From Bacteroidaceae bacterium (lineage in GTDB: Bacteria > Bacteroidota > Bacteroidia > Bacteroidales > Bacteroidaceae): a stretch of DNA of 64,000 bases. The DNA lies in NCBI GenBank assembly GCA_045646845.1, contig JAZRLO010000008.1, forward strand, positions 1,326 through 65,325. The letters run 5' to 3'. The notes under the pieces were generated by a model, which was given only the letters and a program-made list of their open reading frames with translations, made no database searches and was not told where the DNA came from. A program made the translations under genes and the position numbers. Shown here piece by piece: positions 31,101-40,210 of this stretch. How positions within the stretch are numbered: the stretch's first letter is position 1; every line of letters begins with the position of its first letter.

Positions 31101-31667
31101 CGCACATCAATGGCCGATGCTCTTGACACAAATGCTTATTATTACATTCGCAACTGTTACTTTACTGACAAATATGCAGCAGTAAACACAAACAACAAAA
31201 TTGTTGCGCCAATGGCAAAAGGCGATGGTGACAAATATCTTTGGAGTTTTGTAAAGAACGTCGATGGAACCGTATGCATCTACAACAAGGCAACAGGTAC
31301 TGGAGCATACATAAACAGCAATGCTGATGACCAGACCATATATGTCGGTAAAGATTATGTCTGGACCCTAAAAGAAGCTACAACAGACCAGGGCACTAAG
31401 GGTATAGCGATTGTTTGTGGCAACGGTTCATCGGGTTGGTACACTAACCCTAGCGCTTGGAGTGACAAATTAATCACAAAGCCCTACACTTGGGGTGCAA
31501 GTGTATGGACATTCGAAAAGAGCAATGTCCAGGTTGAGACCGGCATCACCGAGGTGAAAGGTGAAAGCGGAGAGGTGAAAGGTATTTTTGACCTTCAGGG
31601 CCGCAAAGTAGAGAACCCGACAAAGGGCCTTTACATTATCGACGGCAAGAAAGTTTTCATAAAGTAA
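28119..31667 (+). CDS. Multidomain GH20 beta-N-acetylhexosaminidase with lectin-like modules and a T9SS C-terminal sorting domain
   Basis: Signal peptide (alternative start MKRFLF at 28128), HLTDDQGWRIEI, IHLGGDEC, repeated lectin-like modules at the N- and C-terminal regions, and tail GIFDLQGRKVENPTKGLYIIDGKKVFIK. Confidence 0.9.
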   Translation: MYNMKRFLFALLCMTMGLANAFSQDFPEISTDENTKWYLIQFSNGGDALTAKTSGTQITIGSALGSDTQLWKITGNATDGYTFTNKKGYTLYVNSAATNQMVNASTTPSGVSKFFINKTTHSIGGYEIQPKGNTAISMNLWGGPGDSRACVGLWNKGDQNNAVKFVDASAFENLSKVNLIPYPQEITVGETAFDITKLNAIAYNNDEMKGHIENFAAQLKKSAGIELTVKKAGDTAVAGEIWFGTDNGLNEDGYTLNVNENGIEIKAKDFGGEFYALQTLTQLLPREFFADEQCNIEWSIPVVAIKDHPQFQHRGFMMDVARHFFDKDQVKRVLDIMALYKMNRLHWHLTDDQGWRIEIPEYPKLTEVGSIRSGSFTSNGDGAQFFDDTEYGRGMWFSQDDLREIVAYAAERNIDILPEIDLPGHMVAAVASYPEFSCDPTKEYSVRIPGGISHDVLNIGKDEVVDFLKCVLRNVAEIFPFPYIHLGGDECPTEQWQTNADCLRRVQEEGLAGVHELQSWLVEELGAYLKTLGENSKDIVVWDEVLKNWNTNNKVKPVIMAWNDGGAKYAKQAADLGFSSILCPYSHVYIDFMQVPANQTRVDEPYYGGWGDTWVNTIDRVYSLNPLTQLDGKESFCWGAQCNLWAETLNDGEELEYQLLPRMLALAEVGWLHANKKNWGGFYNRLQSHDEILDYLGYTYAKHYIEPKEYTAVESAIIEAEEILAASIRGGVGYPAVEVYDALEAALKATEGEDATALNAAIAAYKNAAIVQPEAGKIYQIVSASTYYKRQYEGSTMYQNGNGVRFHYTPQTEPEELWQFVPANGGYVMKNLYSGKQIAMPSYNAGVQMTDAGTAVRVDKATIATRDFTYIPGAVTISAVEGYSAAVTGNVKRLSAEVSGDVYAKDEAALCYNGTWRIVEVTDFTAQLAGLVKKCELIIIKAKPGEIGEPTQDAIDYLQNSVINPATQAVADGAVTEEQYNAYVALYNQFMMMPRTSMADALDTNAYYYIRNCYFTDKYAAVNTNNKIVAPMAKGDGDKYLWSFVKNVDGTVCIYNKATGTGAYINSNADDQTIYVGKDYVWTLKEATTDQGTKGIAIVCGNGSSGWYTNPSAWSDKLITKPYTWGASVWTFEKSNVQVETGITEVKGESGEVKGIFDLQGRKVENPTKGLYIIDGKKVFIK

Positions 31668-31697
31668 AGGCAACAGTATGCTTGTGATGTGATTCAA

Positions 31698-31749
31698 GCA
31701 TATACAATAAAGACATCCGCAAACCTGCGGATGTCTTTATTGTATATGC
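31698..31749. terminator. Bidirectional terminator (24-bp perfect stem)
   Basis: GCATATACAATAAAGACATCCGCA / TGCGGATGTCTTTATTGTATATGC with loop AACC, between convergent GH20 (+) and comF (-). Confidence 0.85.
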
Positions 31750-31756
31750 TAAGGCC

Positions 31757-32446
31757 TTAAATGTCATTGCTCGTGTATGCCAGTGTGAATATGCTTGTCC
31801 GGCAGCAGGAGCCTTGCTGAATTGCCGCAGCACAGCTGGCGAGCGTCGCACCAGTCGTAAGAATATCGTCTATAAGCAGAATATGGAGTCCGTCGAGCTT
31901 TTCCGGGCTGGTCAGTGTGAATATGCCTTCAACATTCTGCCAACGTTCTTCACGGCTCTTGTGAGTCTGGCTTTCATTGGATCTGTTACGCTTTACGGCA
32001 TTCCTTATAACGGTAATTCCGGTTGCCCGTGATATTCCGTCAGCTATGCAGTCGCATTGGTTGTATCCGCGTTGCCTTCTTTTTCTTTTCGATAAAGGCA
32101 AGGGCACTATAGCATCTATTCCGTCAAAGAAACCTGTATCTTTAAGTTCTGTAGCTGCGAGGTATGCAAGACGTTCACCTACTTCGGGGCGGTTACGGTA
32201 TTTCAGACAGTGCAGAAGGTTGCCGTATGGTGAATCCTTCCTGTAGTAAATGTACGATGTCACGCGTTCTATATCAATTTTCCCCCAGAAAATCTTTTCA
32301 ATCTCATCTCGTTTCCTCTGCTCAATCTTCGGCAACCTATACATGCAATTGAGGCACATGTCTTGCTCCCCGGCGGAGAGGACTTCGCCGCATACCACAC
32401 AATGGCGGGGCAGTATGATGTCGAAAAAATCAGAAATCCATTTCAT
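31757..32446 (-). CDS. comF: ComF-family phosphoribosyltransferase-domain protein
   Basis: N-terminal Cys pairs (CVVCGE...CLNC) and PRTase motif LLIDDILTTGATL. Confidence 0.8.
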   Translation of the reverse strand: MKWISDFFDIILPRHCVVCGEVLSAGEQDMCLNCMYRLPKIEQRKRDEIEKIFWGKIDIERVTSYIYYRKDSPYGNLLHCLKYRNRPEVGERLAYLAATELKDTGFFDGIDAIVPLPLSKRKRRQRGYNQCDCIADGISRATGITVIRNAVKRNRSNESQTHKSREERWQNVEGIFTLTSPEKLDGLHILLIDDILTTGATLASCAAAIQQGSCCRTSIFTLAYTSNDI

Positions 32447-32909
32447 CGCCCTTGTATTTAATGGTTTTCAATATGAGTACCGGCTCGTAGCCGCGGCTTG
32501 CAGCGTGGCGTATTATCTTCTGTTGTGTGGCAAAGTCATCCTTGCCTTTCAGCTCGCGACGCTTGATGTCGATGGTCTCCTGCAGTGCTTGCAAGTATAT
32601 CTCCTCGTCAATTCCCTCCAACGCCTCTTTAATGTATTCCTGTGGCAGGTGTTTCTCGCGCAGTGCTGCGGTTATCTTTATGCGCCCCCAACGGTTGAAC
32701 TTCACCTTGTCGTTGACAAATGCACGGCAATAGCGAGTCTCGTCAATGAATTTTTCTTTGGTGAGCCTCGCAATGATTTTCTCCTGCTCACCATGTGGCA
32801 CACCCCATGCAGTGAGCTTCGCGCTCACCTCGCTTATGCAGCGTTCGCACAGCGTGCAATATGCAGCGGCCTTGTTCAGGGCTTCACCGGGAGTAAGTGG
32901 TTTTTTCAT
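32430..32909 (-). CDS. recX: RecX family regulator
   Basis: 159-aa helical-repeat protein with a RecX-like N-terminus (ALNKAAAYCTLCERCISEV). It sits between comF and prmC. Confidence 0.8.
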   Translation of the reverse strand: MKKPLTPGEALNKAAAYCTLCERCISEVSAKLTAWGVPHGEQEKIIARLTKEKFIDETRYCRAFVNDKVKFNRWGRIKITAALREKHLPQEYIKEALEGIDEEIYLQALQETIDIKRRELKGKDDFATQQKIIRHAASRGYEPVLILKTIKYKGDEMDF

Positions 32910-32953
32910 TCACCTTTCAGTTTTCACTTTTCACCTTTCCCCTTTGGTTTCAC
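32908..32953 (-). repeat. Heptad array (minus strand: GGGGAAA-GGTGAAA-AGTGAAA-ACTGAAA-GGTGAAT)
   Basis: 7-nt periodic units spanning the prmC stop and the recX start. The array encodes the odd prmC tail KPKGKGEK. Confidence 0.6.
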
Positions 32954-33778
32954 GGCTCTTATCATCCTGTCGTTGTCGGCGAAGTCCTTGCGTAGTTCAA
33001 TGCCGGTGTAGCCTAAGTTGGCAAGCATCTCCATTGTTTCCTTGCCGTGGGCGCGGTTAATCTCAAAATAGAGACGGCCGCCGGGTCTTAACAGTGTCAA
33101 TCCTTTTTGGGCTATCGTACGATAGAATAGTAAGGGGTCGTTGTCGGGTACGAACAGTGCCGTGTGCGGCTCCCAATCGAGAACATTGCTGTGCATTGCA
33201 GCCTTTTCGTTCTCCTTTATATAAGGTGGGTTGCTCACTATGATGTCGAATTGCTCGCCTGTAGGTTCGTATGCCAAAATATCAACCTCTTCAAATTCAA
33301 CATCACAACCGTTAGCTTTGCTGTTTTCTGCGGCAACGGCAAGCGCATCGGGCGAAATGTCCCATGCCGTTACTTTGCTTTGCGGCAGTTTATATGCAAG
33401 GCTCACAGCAATACAACCGCTACCTGTACCAATGTCAAGGATGCTTTCGTTGCCAGTGGCTTCGTTTGCCACCCACTCAACAAGCTCACTTGTCTCGGGG
33501 CGCGGAATAAGTGTCGCGGGGGTAACCTTTAATCGCAAGCCACAAAAATCGCTGTAACCAAGAATGTGTTGTATGGGTTCTCTCTTTTGCAGGCGTTCAA
33601 TGGCATTGCCAAGCAGGGTTTCTTGTTCGGCTGTCAGGGTAACGTTGTCTTTAAGATAGAACGCCATTTGCGAAATGCCAAGCAACTCGGTTGCAATTAT
33701 GCGTGTGAGTGCTTTTATCTCGCCGGCCGAGTAACAGTGGGAGAGTCCGTCATTTATTCTTGTTATTATGCGTTTCAT
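32924..33778 (-). CDS. prmC: Peptide chain release factor N5-glutamine methyltransferase
   Basis: SAM motif ILDIGTGSGCIA and catalytic NPPY. Confidence 0.9.
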   Translation of the reverse strand: MKRIITRINDGLSHCYSAGEIKALTRIIATELLGISQMAFYLKDNVTLTAEQETLLGNAIERLQKREPIQHILGYSDFCGLRLKVTPATLIPRPETSELVEWVANEATGNESILDIGTGSGCIAVSLAYKLPQSKVTAWDISPDALAVAAENSKANGCDVEFEEVDILAYEPTGEQFDIIVSNPPYIKENEKAAMHSNVLDWEPHTALFVPDNDPLLFYRTIAQKGLTLLRPGGRLYFEINRAHGKETMEMLANLGYTGIELRKDFADNDRMIRAVKPKGKGEK

Positions 33779-33796
33779 TTTGGTTCAGTTCTACTG

Positions 33797-33804
33797 CAAA
33801 GTTA
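33797..33804 (-). promoter_or_regulatory. Candidate -7 box (TAACTTTG) for prmC
   Basis: TAnnTTTG match 19 nt upstream of the ATG. Confidence 0.4.
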
Positions 33805-34431
33805 GATGCAAACGAGCAAAATAATATCAAGTTTGCTTGAATATTTCACAGCAAGTGCCACTTTTTCTTCGAGTTTATCTCAAAGTTAGAAAAAGTTATG
33901 GTAATGATATACTCTGATGGTTCAAAATTGCAGAATTTCAGTTTTGAAGAAATAATATCCCCAATGAGCATTGATTGTGTGCAGAATGTTTGTACTTGTA
34001 ATGTGAAGATATGCGTAACTCGCTGAAAAACATTTGAAAATTTTTATATTTCACTCTTTTGCACTATCTTCGCAGTGCTGGTGGGGAAACATCCACTGGC
34101 GTTTGATAGCATTTTGTTTGGGTCCAAAAACAGAAATTTCGCCAAAATTTTAAACCAAGGACTGGAGCAATCAATGCTCATTCTGTGTATATACCGCTTA
34201 TGTGTTCCCACGCATGGGCTATGTGTATATATCACGGCGTGGGAATATTGTTTCTTCACTGTTCATTTGGTTAAGGCGTTTGGCGATGCCTCTGTTTTGT
34301 GGACGTAAGGCGACAAGTCTCACGTCTTTTTTTATTGCATCGCTCCAAACGCACTTTTGTCTGAGTTACCGCAATACCTAAAAACGTAAGACTGTAAATA
34401 GCGGAATTTATTAACCTTAATTTATAGTTTT

Positions 34432-36555
34432 ATGAAACACAAAAATTTAAAACATCTGTTCACTGCACTGATGTTGATGTGTGTGGCAGTTGCAACAGCT
34501 CACGACTTTGCGGTGGGTGGCATTTATTACAGCATCACTGATGCAACAAACAAAACGGTGGCGGTGAGTTATAGAGGAAGTTACTCTGACTCGTATTCCA
34601 ACGAATACACCGGCAGTGTGGTAATCCCCGAGAGTGTAACCTATAACGGTATAACCTACAGCGTCACAAGCATTGGGGGTGCTGCGTTCTATGGTTGCAC
34701 CGGCCTTACAAGCATTGAAATCCCAAACAGCGTTACCAGCATTGGAGATGGTGCGTTCACTTATTGCTCCGGTCTTACAAGCGTTGTAATCCCAAACAGC
34801 GTTACCAGCATTGGAAGTTCTGCGTTCTCTGAGTGCTATGGCCTTACCAGCATTGAAATTCCAAGTAGCGTTACAAGCGTCGGATCAAATATTTTAAGTT
34901 ATTGCTCCAGCCTTACAAACGTTGTATATGGCTGTGCTTATTTGGGGGAATTACCATGTGTTGCATGTTACAGCCTTAAAAGCGTTGTCCAAATTACATC
35001 TGAGACTGCAATATTTGTGGGTGCGGAACAAATATTAAATTCATTGGAACAAATATATTCAGGTGAAGTGATTATACCAGAAAGTGTTGTTCTTAACGGA
35101 AAGAGTTATACCGTTACAAGTATAGGAAGTGCAGCATTCCGTGATTGCTCTGGCCTTACCAGCGTTGTGATTCCTAACAGTGTTACCAGCATTGGAGATG
35201 GTGCGTTCCAAAATTGCACCGGCCTTACAAGCATTGAAATCCCTAACAGTGTTACAAGCATTGGATCAGGTGCGTTCTATGGCTGCTCCAGACTTGCAAG
35301 TATTGAAATCCCAAGTAGCGTAACAAGCATTGGATCAGATGCGTTTAATGGTACTGCTTGGTATTATACTTGGTGTGATAATCAACAAGACGGAATTGCG
35401 TATATAGGCAAAATTCTTTATAAATACATAGGAGTAATGCCTGAAAATACATCTATTAAAATTTTGGAAGGGACTACAGGAATAGCAGGCGACGCATTCT
35501 ATGGTTGCTCTGGCCTTACAAGCATTGAAATCCCAAACAGCGTTACCAGCATTGGAGATGGTGCGTTCCAAAATTGCACCGGCCTTACAAGCATTGAAAT
35601 CCCCAACAGCGTTACAAGCATTGAAGAATATGCGTTCTATGGTTGCACCGGTCTTACAAGCATTGAAATTCCCAACAGCGTAACAAGCATTGGATGGTTA
35701 GCATTTGGGTATTGCACCGGTCTTGCAAACATTGAAATTCCTAATAGTGTTACAAGCATTGAACAATATGCGTTCTCTAATTGCTCCGGGCTTACAAGCG
35801 TTACATCGCTTATTCCCGCAGAAAATTTATTTAATGCGTACAAAGCTTTTTATCGTTGTAGCTCTGCTTGCACCCTTTATGTTCCTTACGGTGCAAAAGA
35901 AACCTACGCAGCAACTTATGGCTGGAATGGGTTTGCAAATATTGTGGAAATCATTCCCACTGAGGTAACTGTTACAATCAACCAATATGGCAGTGCAACC
36001 TATTGCTCACCTTATACACTTGATTTCAGTAACGTTGAGGGGTTGAAGGCATACAGTGCCATCGGTTTCAATTCAAGTACTCAGGTTGTAACACTTGCAA
36101 GGGTTATGACAACACCAGCTGAGGCCGGTATCTTTGTAAAGGGTGAACCGGGTGAGTATGTTGTGCCTGTTATCGAGGAGTGCAATGAGCATACATTAAA
36201 CCTGCTTGTTGGTACTCTTGAGCAGACAACCGTGAACAGCACCGATGGTGCAATGAGTAACTATAAGTTCACAATTGCCGATGGTGATGAGGCGCCAATG
36301 TTCTATCCATTTGAGGATGGCACCACACTGAGCGCCGGCAAGGCATACTTGCAGATACCTACAGCGTGGTTGCCTGCGACAGCGCAGAAATCGGTAGGCG
36401 TTCGCTTTGACGAAGGCGAGACAACAGACATCGATGAGGTGAAAGGTGAAAACGGAGAACTGAAAGGCGTTTGCTTTGATTTACAGGGTCGTGTGGTTGA
36501 GAATCCTGCAAGCGGCATTTATATAATTGACGGTAAAAAAGTAATAATAAAGTAA
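34432..36555 (+). CDS. BspA-type leucine-rich-repeat surface protein with a T9SS C-terminal sorting domain
   Basis: Signal peptide, more than 12 units of LTSIEIPNSVTSIGxxAFxxC, and tail FDLQGRVVENPASGIYIIDGKKVIIK. Confidence 0.85.
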   Translation: MKHKNLKHLFTALMLMCVAVATAHDFAVGGIYYSITDATNKTVAVSYRGSYSDSYSNEYTGSVVIPESVTYNGITYSVTSIGGAAFYGCTGLTSIEIPNSVTSIGDGAFTYCSGLTSVVIPNSVTSIGSSAFSECYGLTSIEIPSSVTSVGSNILSYCSSLTNVVYGCAYLGELPCVACYSLKSVVQITSETAIFVGAEQILNSLEQIYSGEVIIPESVVLNGKSYTVTSIGSAAFRDCSGLTSVVIPNSVTSIGDGAFQNCTGLTSIEIPNSVTSIGSGAFYGCSRLASIEIPSSVTSIGSDAFNGTAWYYTWCDNQQDGIAYIGKILYKYIGVMPENTSIKILEGTTGIAGDAFYGCSGLTSIEIPNSVTSIGDGAFQNCTGLTSIEIPNSVTSIEEYAFYGCTGLTSIEIPNSVTSIGWLAFGYCTGLANIEIPNSVTSIEQYAFSNCSGLTSVTSLIPAENLFNAYKAFYRCSSACTLYVPYGAKETYAATYGWNGFANIVEIIPTEVTVTINQYGSATYCSPYTLDFSNVEGLKAYSAIGFNSSTQVVTLARVMTTPAEAGIFVKGEPGEYVVPVIEECNEHTLNLLVGTLEQTTVNSTDGAMSNYKFTIADGDEAPMFYPFEDGTTLSAGKAYLQIPTAWLPATAQKSVGVRFDEGETTDIDEVKGENGELKGVCFDLQGRVVENPASGIYIIDGKKVIIK

Positions 36556-36576
36556 TAATAAAGTAATTCTTGATAT

Positions 36577-36750
36577 ATGAGAAAAGAATATAAAAGTCCT
36601 GTAGTTGCGGCAGTTCAGCTTGATGGTGAACCAATAATGACTACTGCATCTGCAGAGCAAGGTAGTGCCAATGTCGGCAATAGACCTGTAGGTGGTAATA
36701 CCCCAGATTTGTCAAGCGGAAACCGCGGTGAATGGGGCAATTTGTGGTAA
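36577..36750 (+). CDS. Unannotated small ORF (57 aa): MRKEYKSPVVAAVQLDGEPIMTTASAEQGSANVGNRPVGGNTPDLSSGNRGEWGNLW
   Basis: ATG..TAA frame translated by hand. It starts 22 nt after the LRR gene stop and is followed 15 nt later by a perfect 17+17 palindromic terminator. It is below the track length cutoff. Confidence 0.45.
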   Translation: MRKEYKSPVVAAVQLDGEPIMTTASAEQGSANVGNRPVGGNTPDLSSGNRGEWGNLW

Positions 36751-36765
36751 GAGAATGCATAAAGT

Positions 36766-36799
36766 ATTGATGCCCGTTGCAGCTGCAACGGGCATCAAT
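36766..36799. terminator. Bidirectional terminator (perfect 34-nt palindrome)
   Basis: ATTGATGCCCGTTGCAG/CTGCAACGGGCATCAAT between the small ORF (+) and the HAD gene (-). Confidence 0.8.
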
Positions 36800-36819
36800 A
36801 TTTATATAAGGGTATTAAG

Positions 36820-37551
36820 TTATTTCAAAGCCTTAAACAACTCCTCCCATTCACCACATAGTGCCTCAATTGATGGGAAGACAAGGTTTGCACCGGCTTG
36901 GCTCAATACTTCATCCTTCAATGGGCCTGTATTGGCTGCAACGGTGAAAAGACCTGCTGCAACGCCTGCTGTTACGCCAAGGGGTGCATTCTCCACCACG
37001 ATAACCTCATTGGGTGCAAAGCCGCCGCGTTCGAGTGCCAAAAGGTATGGGTCGGGGTAGGGCTTGCCACGTTTTACGTGGAAACTGCTGATGACATGAC
37101 CTTCTGCAAACAGTCCCGGGAAATTGCTCTGTATGCGGTCGAGCAGTGTGGGTGTGCCGCTGCCGGTGACAATCATTGGGGTGAGTCCGCAGGCCTTTAC
37201 CTTCTGCACCAGTTCGAGCGCGAACGGCATTCGTGGAGTAGGTGGGTAGGTGTCGAAAATGTCGCATTTTGCCTTACAGAGTGCATCAATCAGTTCTGTT
37301 GTTGCCGGTTTGCCAAACTGGGCTAAGCTGGCGGTGTTGATGGTGTCGGCACCGGTGCGGCCTTCGTTCATATATACATCCTCGCGCGAGAAATTGAAAC
37401 CGGCATCGGTCATCACACGTGACCAGGCATCGGCATGGTAGGGCATGGAGTCGAACAGCACGCCGTCCATGTCGAACAATACAGCACGCAACTGCAAGGC
37501 CACAAGGCCTTGCAGTTGCTTATAGTTTTCAATAGCTTTTATGTAATCCAT
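36820..37551 (-). CDS. HAD-superfamily hydrolase (beta-phosphoglucomutase-like)
   Basis: Motif I AVLFDMDGVLFDS. I moved the start to MDYIKAIENY (37551), because the track extension to 37647 is translated repeat sequence (CHSEQSKD). Confidence 0.85.
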   Translation of the reverse strand: MDYIKAIENYKQLQGLVALQLRAVLFDMDGVLFDSMPYHADAWSRVMTDAGFNFSREDVYMNEGRTGADTINTASLAQFGKPATTELIDALCKAKCDIFDTYPPTPRMPFALELVQKVKACGLTPMIVTGSGTPTLLDRIQSNFPGLFAEGHVISSFHVKRGKPYPDPYLLALERGGFAPNEVIVVENAPLGVTAGVAAGLFTVAANTGPLKDEVLSQAGANLVFPSIEALCGEWEELFKALK

Positions 37552-37580
37552 TAAAGACTGTTTAAATTCATTAGAGTTAG

Positions 37581-37604
37581 TATCTTTGCTTTGCTCTGAA
37601 TGAC
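37581..37604 (-). repeat. Short dispersed motif copy (GTCATTCAGAGCAAAGCAAAGATA)
   Basis: Same family as 39136-39161. Confidence 0.5.
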
Positions 37605-37640
37605 AAGTTTGTGGCTTTTCCGCCCATTTGCTTGCACGAG

Positions 37641-37670
37641 CTTTCACCTTTCACTTTTCCGTTTTCACTT
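37641..37670 (-). repeat. Heptad array (minus strand: AGTGAAA-ACGGAAA-AGTGAAA-GGTGAAA)
   Basis: Starts 7 nt after the pgi stop, in sense orientation. Confidence 0.65.
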
Positions 37671-37676
37671 TTTGTT

Positions 37677-39020
37677 TTACAGTCTTGCGCGGATTGCCTT
37701 GCTCTCCTCCTCGTAACCGGGTTTGTCAAGCAATGCGAACATGTTCTTCTTGTATGCCTCTACACCCGGCTGGTTGAATGGGTTCACACCAAGTACATAA
37801 CCGCTGATACCGCAGCCAATCTCAAAGAAGTAGAGAAGTTGGCCAATGTAGTATGCGTTGAGCTCGGGGATTGAGATGCGGGTGTTGGGCACGCCACCGT
37901 CAACGTGTGCGAGCTGTGTGCCGAGCTCGGCCATCTTGTTAACCTCATCAACGTGCTTGCCTGCGAGGAAGTTGAGGCCATCGAGGTTCTCCTCGTCGCT
38001 TGGAACAGTAAGTGAACTGTTTGGCTTTTCAATTGAGAGTACTGTCTCGAAGATTGTGCGCTCGCCCTCCTGAATCCACTGGCCCATTGAGTGAAGGTCA
38101 GTAGTGAAGTCAACCGATGCGGGGAAGATACCCTTGTTCTCCTTACCCTCGCTCTCGCCATAGAGCTGCTTCCACCACTCAGATGTGAAGTGGAGCTTTG
38201 GCTGGTAGTTGACAAGGATTTCAATCTTCTTGCCGTCGGCATAAAGTGCGTTACGTGTAGCTGCGTACATAGCAGCGATGTTCTCCTCAAATGGAACTTC
38301 AGGAGCGCAGTTCTTCTCCATATCCTGTGCTCCGTTTACAAGAGCCTCGATGTCGAAACCTGCAACGGCAATTGGTAGCAAGCCTACAGGTGTGAGTACA
38401 GAGAAACGTCCGCCTACGTTGTCGGGGATGATGAAGCTCTTGTAACCCTCCTTGTTTGCTGTGATGCGTGCTGCACCCTTAACTGCATCGGTAATGGCAA
38501 CGATAACCTTGCTTGCCATCTCCTTGCCGCGCTGGTCCTCGCACTGCTTCTTCAAGAGACGGAATGCAAGGGCTGTCTCGGTTGTTGTACCCGATTTTGA
38601 GATGTTGATTACACCGAACTTCTTGTCCTTGAGGTACTCTGTGAGTTCATAGAGGTAGTCCTCGCTGATGTTGTGGCCAGCGAAGATTACGCGTGGGTTC
38701 TTGCTGTCACCCATGAGCGCGGCAAAGTTGTTGCTGAGCGCTTCGATAACGGCACGTGCACCAAGGTAGCTGCCGCCGATACCTGCTACAACCACAACCT
38801 CGCAGTTCTCGCGCAGTGTCTGTGCTGTGGCGTTGATGTCGGCAATGTGCTCCTTTGTGATTGATGACGGGAGGTGCAACCAACCGAGGAAGTCGTTGCC
38901 GGGGAGTGAACCGTCCTCAAGAGCGGCCTGGGCGCGTTTAACCTGTGGCTCAAGAGCCATAATCTGCTCACGTGTTACAAAACCTGTAACCTTGTCAATA
39001 TTAAGTGTTATATTTTTCAT
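37677..39020 (-). CDS. pgi: Glucose-6-phosphate isomerase
   Basis: [13 protein letters not shown] and conserved PGI blocks throughout. The start is set at [10 protein letters not shown]; the track start 39050 adds 10 aa. Confidence 0.93.
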   Translation of the reverse strand: MKNITLNIDKVTGFVTREQIMALEPQVKRAQAALEDGSLPGNDFLGWLHLPSSITKEHIADINATAQTLRENCEVVVVAGIGGSYLGARAVIEALSNNFAALMGDSKNPRVIFAGHNISEDYLYELTEYLKDKKFGVINISKSGTTTETALAFRLLKKQCEDQRGKEMASKVIVAITDAVKGAARITANKEGYKSFIIPDNVGGRFSVLTPVGLLPIAVAGFDIEALVNGAQDMEKNCAPEVPFEENIAAMYAATRNALYADGKKIEILVNYQPKLHFTSEWWKQLYGESEGKENKGIFPASVDFTTDLHSMGQWIQEGERTIFETVLSIEKPNSSLTVPSDEENLDGLNFLAGKHVDEVNKMAELGTQLAHVDGGVPNTRISIPELNAYYIGQLLYFFEIGCGISGYVLGVNPFNQPGVEAYKKNMFALLDKPGYEEESKAIRARL

Positions 39021-39135
39021 TGTTATTGTTGTTTTTTTAAGATCCTTCACTCACGTTAGTTCGCTACGCTCATCGAGAACCTCTTTTTAATGTTTTTCAT
39101 TAAGGTATGGTCAGGATGACAAAAACGCGGAGAGT

Positions 39136-39161
39136 GTCATTCTGAGCAAAGCGAAGAATCT
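39136..39161 (+). repeat. Short dispersed motif copy (GTCATTCTGAGCAAAGCGAAGAATCT)
   Basis: In the intergenic region between pgi and gpsA. The partner half-site TTCGCTACGCTC lies at about 39073. Confidence 0.6.
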
Positions 39162-39173
39162 AAATTTTAATGT

Positions 39174-40172
39174 TTACTTGAATGAGTCTGTCAATAGTTT
39201 TATCTCAATCACCGGCGATATGCCTTCGTACAGAATGTTATATACGGCGTCGATGATTGGGGTGTTTATGCGGTAGTGCTCGTTGATTTCCTTTATGCAT
39301 TTCGCCGCATAGTAGCCTTCGGCAATCATCTCCATCTCAATCTGTGCGTTCTTTACGGAGTATCCCTTGCCTATCATGCTGCCGAATACACGGTTGCGGC
39401 TGAACTTCGAGTAACCCGTAACAAGAAGGTCGCCCATGTAAACCGAGTCGTTGATGGTGCGCTCGATGGGGTGTACAACATTCAGGAAACGGTTCATCTC
39501 AATTGCCGCGTTCGACATCAGTACCGCCTGGAAGTTGTCACCGTACTTCAGTCCGCTACAAATACCGGCAGCAATGGCATAGATGTTCTTCAGCACAGAA
39601 CCGTACTCTATTCCGACAACATCGTCACTTACCGATGTCTTGATGTAGCTGCTGCCGAGTTTCTTTGCGAACTGCTTGGCATGGTCAATGCTCGAACAGC
39701 CTACAGTCAGGTAGGAAAGACGCTCGAGTGCTACCTCCTCGGCATGGCATGGTCCTGCAATCGCTGCGATGTTCTCGTAGGGAACCTTGTATGCTTTGTT
39801 GAAGTATTCCGATATTATGAGGTTCTCATCGGGTACGATACCTTTTATGGCATTGACGATGAACTTGTCCTCGAGGCTTGTCTTGAGTTTCTTGAGGTGG
39901 TTCTTCAAGTAGGGTGATGGCGTAACGAATACAAGTATATCGCTCTCCTTTACAATTTTGTTGATGTCAGAAGAGAAGTTGATTCTGTTTGTATCGAACT
40001 TTACCGAGGAGAGATAGGCCGGGTTGTGTCCCAGGCGCTTGAAATCCTCGATGCGGTCATCGCGTCTTATGTACCAGTTTATGGTCTCGACATTGTTGAG
40101 CAGAATTTTGGCAATGGCCGTTGCCCAACTGCCGCCACCCATAATGGCAACCTGTTTGTTTGATAGTTCCAT
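39174..40172 (-). CDS. gpsA: NAD(P)H-dependent glycerol-3-phosphate dehydrogenase
   Basis: VAIMGGGSWATAIAK dinucleotide motif and full-length GpsA-like sequence. Confidence 0.93.
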   Translation of the reverse strand: MELSNKQVAIMGGGSWATAIAKILLNNVETINWYIRRDDRIEDFKRLGHNPAYLSSVKFDTNRINFSSDINKIVKESDILVFVTPSPYLKNHLKKLKTSLEDKFIVNAIKGIVPDENLIISEYFNKAYKVPYENIAAIAGPCHAEEVALERLSYLTVGCSSIDHAKQFAKKLGSSYIKTSVSDDVVGIEYGSVLKNIYAIAAGICSGLKYGDNFQAVLMSNAAIEMNRFLNVVHPIERTINDSVYMGDLLVTGYSKFSRNRVFGSMIGKGYSVKNAQIEMEMIAEGYYAAKCIKEINEHYRINTPIIDAVYNILYEGISPVIEIKLLTDSFK

Positions 40173-40210
40173 AATAATGTGTTTTTAGAAACTATATAAT
40201 GTTTTATAGA

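Noticed and set aside
35335-35968. Several 60-87-aa ORFs in alternative frames and strands inside the LRR gene.
   Set aside because: They are artefacts of the tandem LRR DNA repeats, which keep alternative frames open.
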